A stretch of 60,457 bases of DNA, taken from IMG/VR virus record IMGVR_UViG_3300037119_004150, positions 1 to 60,457 of that record. One strand, given 5' to 3'. A program made the position numbers and the translations under genes. Origin of the DNA: a virus. Lineage: Duplodnaviria; Caudoviricetes. A model generated the notes under the pieces. That model had not been told where the DNA came from. It saw only the letters and a list, made by a program, of their open reading frames with translations, and ran no database searches. Shown here one piece after another: positions 19,489 through 27,322 of the stretch. Position 1 is the first letter of the stretch. Each line of letters begins with the position of its first letter.

Positions 19489-20448
19489 ATGGCAATTACA
19501 GCTAAACCTCGGTCAGAAGTATTTGGAAACGCAATCCCTACCAATATGAATGGTACTGTTAGGGCTAAGCTTCTTCCGGATAGACCTTACTTAACCGCTC
19601 ACTATACCGGGGTTGATGTCAACTATGCGGACCCAAATGATACCCCCGGAGAAATGAAATCGGTTCAAGCTTGGGCTGCTTCCGCTGCTAAGGGAACACC
19701 TTGGGAATATAACTGGGTCCTCGATAGTCAGGGTTTTGTTTGGACCTATGCTGGAGAATATACTGCAGCTCATTCAGCTGGAGAAAACTCTCTTGCTCAC
19801 GGGGTCCTTTTGTTACTAGGTAACAAGGATGATCCTCCCCCGGTCATGATTGATGCGTTCCGCAAGCTTAGATATGAACTTCAACGAGACCACATGATTG
19901 CTCTTAACCATCAGGTTAGGCAGCATGGACAAATGCCTGGTGCTAATACGGGATGTCCCGGTGAACTCGTTAAGGCTAAGTGGAACTCGTTTCTTGTACC
20001 CTGGACAGAGGCCCCTCCACCCCCACCACCTCCAAGCCCCAATGACTACATCATCTCCTTAGATCCATTTGGTACCTTTGTTATTAGCGAACAGTATCGG
20101 TGGCCTTATGGTATGGCTAAGTACTTATATGGCAATGGAGACCTTTGGCCCTGGATTAGCAGGTTCAACGGGTTGAAGGATGACCTTAGTGACTGGCCCG
20201 CGTCAGGAACTAAGATTAAGATTCCTAGTTTAGGAGAACCCATTACTGGACGCAATGACACTGCCTATGCTGGAGTGACTCTTCGAGTTCCACCCGAAGC
20301 GGCTGCCGCAGCGATTATTGGTGTGGTATACCCTAACGAAAGTTTTGCTAAACGAAACAGTAGGGTTCCTCTTCAATTAGCTAGATGGAATGCTGGGCAA
20401 ACTGAGTTCAAGCCTGGTGAGATTGTTTTTGTTGAAGTAAAACCCTGA
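19489..20448 (+). CDS. Endolysin: N-acetylmuramoyl-L-alanine amidase, Pro linker, LysM-like C-terminal repeats
   Basis: AHYTG, YNW, AAHSAGEN, RQH and TGCPG zinc-amidase motifs; PPPPPPPSP linker; LYGNGDLWPWISRFN...GTKIKIP. Confidence 0.85.
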   Translation: MAITAKPRSEVFGNAIPTNMNGTVRAKLLPDRPYLTAHYTGVDVNYADPNDTPGEMKSVQAWAASAAKGTPWEYNWVLDSQGFVWTYAGEYTAAHSAGENSLAHGVLLLLGNKDDPPPVMIDAFRKLRYELQRDHMIALNHQVRQHGQMPGANTGCPGELVKAKWNSFLVPWTEAPPPPPPPSPNDYIISLDPFGTFVISEQYRWPYGMAKYLYGNGDLWPWISRFNGLKDDLSDWPASGTKIKIPSLGEPITGRNDTAYAGVTLRVPPEAAAAAIIGVVYPNESFAKRNSRVPLQLARWNAGQTEFKPGEIVFVEVKP

Positions 20449-20602
20449 CAGGTAAGGCCCGTGCTGATTGAGCAATCAATTGGTGCGGGTCTAACTTGTG
20501 TGTTTGCTAATTTGATCCCTACGATGAGAGAATGACTGAATCGCTTGATCACTGCTTGAAGCATACTTGATTGATTAGGGACGCTTAAGGATATTGACAC
20601 AC

Positions 20603-20639
20603 AAGGAAAAGGCCCCGGGATTGCCGGAGCCCTTCCCTC
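20603..20639 (-). terminator. Intrinsic terminator for minus-strand gene 20700-21200 (possibly bidirectional)
   Basis: Minus strand GGGAAGGGCTCCGG-CAATC-CCGGGGCCTTTTCCTT. Confidence 0.65.
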
Positions 20640-20699
20640 TCGCTTAGCAGCAGATAGTGGAGTGCGATTCCCGCTCTCTGCCTTATTGGGGGTTAGCGA

Positions 20700-21200
20700 T
20701 CACTCGTCGTCGTCGACTTCCTCGAACTCTTCATCGTCATCGTCAGCAGGCGGGGCAGTCTTGGCGGCCTTCGTCCCCTTGGTCGGAGCCGGCGTCTTGG
20801 CAGCAGCCTTGGCGGCCTTGTCAGCCTTCAGCTTGTCAAGAGCGGCCTTCTTACCAGCCTCGATTTCTCCAGCACCAACGGCCTTGAGAACGGCCTTGAC
20901 CTCGGGGTCATTCGGACCGGACCAGGAATAGCGGCTCTTATTACCAGCCACGATTTCACGATTGATACGGGCGTTGTCCTCACGGGCCATCTTGCGAAGC
21001 AAGGTGCGAACCTCTCGAGGACTGTACTCCTTGTCAGTCTTCTCCTTGAGAAGGGCGATCAGCTGACGAACTCCCCAGACGTCATCCTCAACCTTCTTAC
21101 CCTTCTTGGGGGTCTCGTCCTCAACCTCGGCATCGAGCTCTTCGAGCTCAACCTCATCATCCTCGGTCTCTTCGACGACTGCGGCGGGCTTTCGTGCCAT
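20700..21200 (-). CDS. Acidic-tailed HTH-like DNA-binding protein
   Basis: YSPREVRTLLRK...SRYSW core, acidic termini, K/A-rich segment; own promoter and terminator. Confidence 0.75.
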   Translation of the reverse strand: MARKPAAVVEETEDDEVELEELDAEVEDETPKKGKKVEDDVWGVRQLIALLKEKTDKEYSPREVRTLLRKMAREDNARINREIVAGNKSRYSWSGPNDPEVKAVLKAVGAGEIEAGKKAALDKLKADKAAKAAAKTPAPTKGTKAAKTAPPADDDDEEFEEVDDDE

Positions 21201-21264
21201 GTGCTTATGATTCCTCTCACTATCGGGGTGAAGAAAATGCCCTCACTCATTGCCGATGCGATCA

Positions 21265-21293
21265 ACTATAATCGACGCAAGCGCATTCGTCAA
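21265..21293 (-). promoter_or_regulatory. Sigma-70-type promoter for 20700-21200
   Basis: Minus strand TTGACG-17-TATAGT. Confidence 0.6.
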
Positions 21294-21344
21294 GGCAAAC
21301 CTGATAACTTGTTCTAGCCATATTCTACAGCGAGAATGAGTGAT

Positions 21345-21374
21345 TTGACTACCTCGTCTCTAGTCATATATAAT
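21345..21374 (+). promoter_or_regulatory. Promoter giving leaderless transcript of 21381 gene
   Basis: TTGACT-18-TATAAT, ATG 6 nt downstream. Confidence 0.65.
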
Positions 21375-21380
21375 TGATGC

Positions 21381-21833
21381 ATGACACAAGAAAAGGGGCG
21401 AATGCTCCTCACTACCGGCAGTCGAGAGTTTACTGACATTGGACTTATTAGGTCCGAGTTATCTCGACTTTCAGCTCCCCATTATGTAATGCATGGAGGT
21501 GCTAAGGGGGCCGATCGTCTGGTCTCTACAGTTATCCAAGGTGAATACGACCCGAATCGTAAGCCCCAGGCAAAGCCTAATGGGATCGATGGGTTGATCG
21601 AGATTAGGGTTCCTTACCTCTCTATGCAACTGCGACGTGGAGGACATAAGCGCAATGAGGCAATGCTTCAAATCTTATCTTCGTTTAGGGAGCTTGGCTG
21701 GGATTGTCATGCTATGGCTTTTCACTACGATATTCATAATCCTTCCCCTGGAACTAATGGTATGGTTGAGTTGCTTGATAAAGCCAAGTTCCAAGTTACC
21801 CATATCGATCAACAATCGGGGCAGGTCTTTTAG
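21381..21833 (+). CDS. SLOG-superfamily (YspA/DUF2493-like) protein
   Basis: TGSREF, HGGAKGAD, RNEAML, SPGTNGM motifs. Confidence 0.8.
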   Translation: MTQEKGRMLLTTGSREFTDIGLIRSELSRLSAPHYVMHGGAKGADRLVSTVIQGEYDPNRKPQAKPNGIDGLIEIRVPYLSMQLRRGGHKRNEAMLQILSSFRELGWDCHAMAFHYDIHNPSPGTNGMVELLDKAKFQVTHIDQQSGQVF

Positions 21834-22189
21834 TGGGCAAAAGAACCGAGGTCTATCTTGAGGGTGTTTCTCCCTACCCCTCGAGCTGGGAACAAATTAA
21901 GAAACCTTGTGACTTTTGCGGTTTGGAAATCGTAGTCAATAACTTTCCTGACAAGCGACCTCGTACTCCTAAGTTATGGGGGATGGTTATCTGCGTTGAT
22001 TGTGACCCTCGACACATTGATGACCGTTGGAAGAAAAAGGGAGCCAGAGTCATTCATCCTCGACGATTGTTGAAGTGCCAGTCGGTGAGACTCACTAAGC
22101 TTCTTGCCAAGCGAGGCTGCGATCACGAAGAACATGACCCCAAATGCTTCGCCTGTGTGGCAAAAAAGGTAGTCCGTGGCAAAGTATAA
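21833..22189 (+). CDS. Cys-rich hypothetical protein (putative zinc binding)
   Basis: CDFC, CVDC, CFAC motifs. Confidence 0.6.
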   Translation: MGKRTEVYLEGVSPYPSSWEQIKKPCDFCGLEIVVNNFPDKRPRTPKLWGMVICVDCDPRHIDDRWKKKGARVIHPRRLLKCQSVRLTKLLAKRGCDHEEHDPKCFACVAKKVVRGKV

Positions 22190-23687
22190 GTTCAAGACCA
22201 AACCATATAAGCACCAGGTTGCTGCCCTTAAAAAGCTGATGGAGCTCGAGGGGGTGGGAGCTTTATTGATGGAGCCCCGAACCGGGAAAACTAAAGTTGC
22301 AATTGATTACGTTAGTATTGCTCACCAAGTCGGACAATGTAATCGTGTTTTAGTACTTTGTCCCTCAGCCGTTATCGATGTTTGGGTAGACGAAATTACC
22401 ACACATTGTCCTTGCCGGCATCGGATTACGGTGTGGGACAAGCGAGGCCGCAAGAAGGTTGATCTGCCTCGATTTGGTTCTTCAGTCCTTGACTTTGTAA
22501 TCATGAACTATGATGCCTTCTCTACCCCTGGGGCAATTACAGGTAAACGAGAAGATGGTAGTGTTAAACGCTCGAGGAAGAAAGGTGGTAGATATGACAT
22601 CAAACGAAAGATTAAAGAATGGATGCCTCAAGCCATCATCTGTGACGAGAGCCACCGAATCAAATCTACTACAGCAGTTAAGAGCAGGGTTCTTCACTCT
22701 ATTGGACCCATCGCTCCTATACGTTTGGTTCTTACAGGTACAGCAGTCACCAAGAAGAAGCGAGTCTTCGACCTCTATAGCCAATGGAAATTCCTCAACC
22801 CAGAATCACCCCTAATTAATAGGGGCGGCAATAGACTTACGTTGGGTGAGTTTAAAGGACGATTCGGGGTCTGGACAGATCGTAATGGTTACCCTCAATG
22901 GTTGAGGGAACGCAATACTAAGACCTTACATAAGTTAGTTCATGCTGAGTCTTTTGCAGTCTCAAGGGATGAATGTTTTGATTTGCCGGAGGCTTTCCCA
23001 GATCAAATTATCCATGTCCCTCTCGAAGAATCAGCCAAGGTATATGACCAGATGGCTGAAGAGATGGTTGCCATGATCAAGTCGGGGGAGATTACTGAGG
23101 CAAGCATTAAGTTGGTTCAAAACTTACGATTCTCTCAGATAACCTCAGGCTTGGCTAGAACTGCTCCTACTGCTGAGTACCCCGAGGGTCGTACTGTGAT
23201 TATTGGTTCCGAGAAACTCAGAGTTCTTGAGGATCTGTTGATCGACTGGTTCGACCAAGAGGAGAAACTTATAATTTGTGCTAGATTCAAGGCAGATATC
23301 CAGCGGATTGCTCAGCTTTGTCGAAAATTAAAGGTCGAACCTAACGTTCTCATTGGGGGACAGAAAAGGGAGGTAAGGACAGAACATATTCGTCGCTTCA
23401 GGGATAAGCCTGGTCCAGCCGCATTCATCATGAACCCCCAAGCAGGGTCGATGGGCATTGATCTACGTACCGCCTCGACGATGGTGTGGTATTCAATGAT
23501 CAACTCCTTCGTTGACTATAGTCAAAGTAGGGATCGTATTGCTTTGTCGGGTAAGGCCAACCGTTTCGTCTTCTTGCTTGCTGAGGGTACATATGATGAA
23601 CTACAGTATGAAACCTTGGGGGATGATGAAGCTCTAGTCAAGATGATGATGTCGTCGCCTGAGCGACTGTTGAGGGGGTTTAAGTGA
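22176..23687 (+). CDS. SNF2-family helicase
   Basis: PYKHQ, MEPRTGKT, DESH, LTGT, GIDL, QSRDRI motifs. Confidence 0.93.
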   Translation: MAKYKFKTKPYKHQVAALKKLMELEGVGALLMEPRTGKTKVAIDYVSIAHQVGQCNRVLVLCPSAVIDVWVDEITTHCPCRHRITVWDKRGRKKVDLPRFGSSVLDFVIMNYDAFSTPGAITGKREDGSVKRSRKKGGRYDIKRKIKEWMPQAIICDESHRIKSTTAVKSRVLHSIGPIAPIRLVLTGTAVTKKKRVFDLYSQWKFLNPESPLINRGGNRLTLGEFKGRFGVWTDRNGYPQWLRERNTKTLHKLVHAESFAVSRDECFDLPEAFPDQIIHVPLEESAKVYDQMAEEMVAMIKSGEITEASIKLVQNLRFSQITSGLARTAPTAEYPEGRTVIIGSEKLRVLEDLLIDWFDQEEKLIICARFKADIQRIAQLCRKLKVEPNVLIGGQKREVRTEHIRRFRDKPGPAAFIMNPQAGSMGIDLRTASTMVWYSMINSFVDYSQSRDRIALSGKANRFVFLLAEGTYDELQYETLGDDEALVKMMMSSPERLLRGFK

Positions 23688-23763
23688 CCCCAGTGCAAGA
23701 ACAGGGCATTTGCCCTCGAGAACTTGGTTTTGATATGATGCTAATGCGAAGAAAGGGGTCGAG

Positions 23764-24339
23764 TTGTTTATCGTAGAAGGGCCAGATGGAGCTGGCAAGA
23801 CCACATTAGTTGATAGGTTAGAAAAGGAGCTTGGCTTTCAACGCCAGGCTCGGGTAGTGTCAAGTGAGGCTGAAGCACAAGTACCACTTGGGCCTTGGAC
23901 TGAGGCTCAAATTAATGATGGCTTTGGGCCTAAGTTATATGATCGGTTTGCTCTCATCTCAGCTCCGATGTATATGTATCTTCCCAATCGTACTTTTACT
24001 GCCCAGTTTACCGATCGTATTTGGTTGACTGAGATGTGGCGAAAGTTTTGGATGGTTGACGCAGCCATTGTTATCTGTTTACCGCCCTTAGAGGATGTTC
24101 AAAAGAATGTAGACGGGGATGCAAGTAATCTTGTAGTTCATGACTACATTGACGAGATTTACTGGAGCTACCATAACTGGTATTGCCAGCAACGATCTCT
24201 GTATAATACGTCAGTTATTCTCTGGGACTATACTCAACCCAATGAGAAGCAACTTTGGGGAATCAGTCAATGGGCCAAGGCTAGAGTTGAAACACATGAA
24301 ACATGGAGGAGAAGGTCATGGAAGATCGCTTCGGCTTAA
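23764..24339 (+). CDS. Thymidylate-kinase-like dNMP kinase
   Basis: IVEGPDGAGKTT P-loop and LYDRF motif. Confidence 0.8.
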   Translation: MFIVEGPDGAGKTTLVDRLEKELGFQRQARVVSSEAEAQVPLGPWTEAQINDGFGPKLYDRFALISAPMYMYLPNRTFTAQFTDRIWLTEMWRKFWMVDAAIVICLPPLEDVQKNVDGDASNLVVHDYIDEIYWSYHNWYCQQRSLYNTSVILWDYTQPNEKQLWGISQWAKARVETHETWRRRSWKIASA

Positions 24340-24764
24340 TGCTGAAGATGCAGTTGGAACTCCAACAGCAACACATGAAGGATGGTGATCCTCGATTCTT
24401 AGAGGGGGACCACATGGCTGAGTTCATGAGATGGAATGCTTGGGCTGTTGAAGATGAACTTCACGAAGCTATGGCTGAAGTAGGGTGGAAGCCCTGGGCA
24501 ACTTCTCGTCACATTAATCAAGAAGCTTTTATGAAGGAGATGGTAGATGCGTTTCACTTCTTCATGAACATGCTTCTTTGCGGTTGTCAAGGATGGTCTC
24601 CATCACAAATTGCTGATGAATTCACCAAGATGTATATTGTGAAGAATGCTATTAACGCTCAACGACAGGCAAAGGGATATAATGGAGTAACTGGAAAATG
24701 TCCAAAATGTCATAGAGAATTAGAAGTAGGTTGTGATTGCGAAGTAGAGGATGTTTATGCCTGA
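24303..24764 (+). CDS. All-alpha dimeric dUTPase / MazG-like NTP pyrophosphatase
   Basis: EDELHEA, WKPW, KEMVDAFHFFMN, KNAINAQRQ motifs. Confidence 0.85.
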   Translation: MEEKVMEDRFGLMLKMQLELQQQHMKDGDPRFLEGDHMAEFMRWNAWAVEDELHEAMAEVGWKPWATSRHINQEAFMKEMVDAFHFFMNMLLCGCQGWSPSQIADEFTKMYIVKNAINAQRQAKGYNGVTGKCPKCHRELEVGCDCEVEDVYA

Positions 24765-25080
24765 CCGAATTGACCCAGTAGTTGAAGCTCATTTAGCCAA
24801 GCAACGAGCCAGGGGATATGGCATTGATGAGCCTACTATTGTAGTGCCTCCTCCCCTCACGGGCAAGGCAGGAGAGATCCTGACCCATCTTCACCCGGAT
24901 GAGCCAGTTTTTATTCTTCGAGCTCAAGATATTCTAGCAACTATGTCGGTGAAACATTATTTGACCTTGGTCGAAATGTATAGTCCTCATAGTATTCAAG
25001 CTGAACAAGTTACTGACATGGTAAACGACTTCATTGCTTGGCAACATGCCAATCCTAGTAAGGTGAAGTTACCCGACTGA
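24751..25080 (+). CDS. Hypothetical protein (DEPVFILRAQD motif)
   Basis: Overlapping start/stop coupling within nucleotide cluster. Confidence 0.7.
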   Translation: MFMPDRIDPVVEAHLAKQRARGYGIDEPTIVVPPPLTGKAGEILTHLHPDEPVFILRAQDILATMSVKHYLTLVEMYSPHSIQAEQVTDMVNDFIAWQHANPSKVKLPD

Positions 25081-26123
25081 TGAAAGCTTATAGAGCTGAT
25101 ACCTTAACCAACCTCCATGACAAACTCTGTAATCGTTTAGTACATGCGGGTCGAGAAGACTTGGATGTCATCTCTACCGTCGATGTCCAGATTCACAATG
25201 TGATTGCCGAGGCTGAGTCGATGGTGTGGGATTTTGACTTGAAGAATCTCTGGCTTACACCCCAACGATGGACTATGATGGTGAGGCAATATATCCCCCG
25301 CCAAGATTTCATCGATTGGCTGGAGAAGTGCACTAAGTATATTGGAACTAAAGGTCGAGGCATCGCCTTGCTTCGTACTAATGTCGTTAAACCTAGAGGA
25401 GGTGAACAATTTGGAAACAAGGAATCTCGCAGATGGGGCTCTTGTATGCTGGCAGTTAGTTACAAGGCCATCCCGAGGCCCCAGATTACCCTTTATTCCC
25501 GAACCTCATACCTTGGTTACTTATCCGGACTTGATATCTCGATTGCCTGGATGTGTGGTCATTATCTTGCAGCTGAACTAGGATGTTCGGTCGAAGACTT
25601 TAGCTTTGTTTGGATGAATGAAGCTGCTCAGTACCATAACTTCAAATCTATGGCTTATCTTCTTAACCACCCAAATTCAGAACAACGAAAGCAATATCGT
25701 CGTTGGATTCGGTTCAGTGAGAATAAGCTTAGAGAAACTGGCGACTGGAATTATGTGTCTGAGCGACCAGCTATTATGCTTAGTCGTTCTTGGATGCAGC
25801 GGCTCATCAAGCTTGACCAAGAGGGCAAAACTCTTGGAGATATGACTTACAATACGTACCGAAGAATTCGTCGACGATACCACACAGAGGTGTTGGGTTA
25901 CGAGCGAGCCCAGGAATTCGAGGGTTGGTCTTACTACAAGAATGGACCTAAGAAAGGGGAACAGAAGGAATTCTTCAAAGCCTATCAGCCACTTGCCTCA
26001 GTTAGCATTAAGGATCTTGACTTCAAAGGCATTCATTTGCCTTACAACCCGGGCGAATATGGAGCACCCCTATTAATCCAAGGGAATGGAGATGACTTTG
26101 ACCTCGATGATGACGACGACTGA
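25080..26123 (+). CDS. Divergent thymidylate-synthase-fold protein
   Basis: GSCMLAVSY...ITLYSRTSYLGYLSGLD aligns to TS PC...QRSxD...N segment. Confidence 0.55.
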   Translation: MKAYRADTLTNLHDKLCNRLVHAGREDLDVISTVDVQIHNVIAEAESMVWDFDLKNLWLTPQRWTMMVRQYIPRQDFIDWLEKCTKYIGTKGRGIALLRTNVVKPRGGEQFGNKESRRWGSCMLAVSYKAIPRPQITLYSRTSYLGYLSGLDISIAWMCGHYLAAELGCSVEDFSFVWMNEAAQYHNFKSMAYLLNHPNSEQRKQYRRWIRFSENKLRETGDWNYVSERPAIMLSRSWMQRLIKLDQEGKTLGDMTYNTYRRIRRRYHTEVLGYERAQEFEGWSYYKNGPKKGEQKEFFKAYQPLASVSIKDLDFKGIHLPYNPGEYGAPLLIQGNGDDFDLDDDDD

Positions 26124-26922
26124 CTTCCAATCGTATTACAGGAATGTAATCCGAGAGATTATGGATTTTGGAGAGGAGGTTGAGGTTGGAGAGTGGCAAT
26201 CTCAGGACGTTAGAGATAGGCCTGAGATGATTAGTCGGGAGATTCGTCATTGTTCTTTTATTATGTCTGTTCCCGCCACCAAGACCTTTCTTCAGGAACT
26301 AGTTAGACCTAACCTCCCATGGGCTGAGGATCATTTTCAAGAACGAGTATCAGGTCAGCCCTTTAATCCCCCACCTAGTGAACTATGGTGGCCATTCAGA
26401 GTTAACAACAATGCTGCCTATAAGACTGCTGAACAGTTTAGTCATACTTATCCTGAGCGAATGTGGCCTAAGCGAGCAGGTACTCTGACTGACGGTGAAA
26501 TGAGTATGAGAGGGATTCGGTTTACTTATGGAGACTTAGATGATGTTGTTAGACAACTCAGAAAAAATCCACTGACTCGTCAGGCTTATCTTCCCATCTG
26601 GTTTCCTGAAGATACAGGAGCTGTTAGTGGTCAGCGGGTACCTTGTACTTTGGGGTATCATTTCTTAACTAGGAAAGGAAAGATGGACATTGTTTACTAT
26701 ATTCGTTCTTGCGATGTGCTGCGCCATTTTACGGATGATGTCTACATGGCTGCCCGGCTCCTTCAATGGGTGGTGGCTCAGGTAGCCAATGAAGATATTT
26801 ATCCTGGTAAGTTGGTTATGCACATTAGTTCTCTTCATCTATTTAGAGGAGACTACCCGATGGTAAATAAGATGCTAAGTGATTGGGACGAGGAGGCCGA
26901 AGATTATGGAGCGGCCATCTAG
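26086..26922 (+). CDS. Thymidylate synthase homologue with dCMP-type signature (dCMP hydroxymethylase/methylase-like)
   Basis: TRQA, RVPCTLGYHF, IRSCDVLRHFTDD, HISSLHLF motifs; Asp at the E. coli ThyA Asn177 position. Confidence 0.85.
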   Translation: MEMTLTSMMTTTDFQSYYRNVIREIMDFGEEVEVGEWQSQDVRDRPEMISREIRHCSFIMSVPATKTFLQELVRPNLPWAEDHFQERVSGQPFNPPPSELWWPFRVNNNAAYKTAEQFSHTYPERMWPKRAGTLTDGEMSMRGIRFTYGDLDDVVRQLRKNPLTRQAYLPIWFPEDTGAVSGQRVPCTLGYHFLTRKGKMDIVYYIRSCDVLRHFTDDVYMAARLLQWVVAQVANEDIYPGKLVMHISSLHLFRGDYPMVNKMLSDWDEEAEDYGAAI

Positions 26923-27322
26923 AGACCAAATAGTTATGGAGGTAGCAAATGCTTACGCCCAACGAGGAACTTGTTTACGGGCTCGGGTTGGAGCCGCCAT
27001 CGCAAGGGACGGTAGAGTCTTGGTATCTGGGTATAATGGACCCGCAGCAGGTCTCGACCATTGCAGCCCTAGCTGCCTTGAGCAGAACGTCGGTGGTTGC
27101 CGTATTGCAGTACATGCTGAGGCTAACGCCATCGCTTATGCCGCTCGGCATGGAATTGCCACAGACGGCGCAACACTTTACACTACCCATCTCCCCTGTC
27201 TTGCCTGTTCCCAAATCATCGTTAATGCGGGCATTCAAACAGTGGTTTACCAAACGGACTACCGTGATCATTCTGGTCTTAATTTGCTCCGTGATGCTGG
27301 TGTTGATATAATGAAGCTGTGA
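26906..27322 (+). CDS. dCMP deaminase
   Basis: VGAAI, GYNG, HAEANA and PCLAC zinc motifs. Confidence 0.93.
   Translation: MERPSRDQIVMEVANAYAQRGTCLRARVGAAIARDGRVLVSGYNGPAAGLDHCSPSCLEQNVGGCRIAVHAEANAIAYAARHGIATDGATLYTTHLPCLACSQIIVNAGIQTVVYQTDYRDHSGLNLLRDAGVDIMKL

Noticed and set aside
20657-20931. Plus-strand ORFs after the endolysin
   Set aside because: Antisense to the minus-strand HTH gene, which has its own promoter, RBS and terminator
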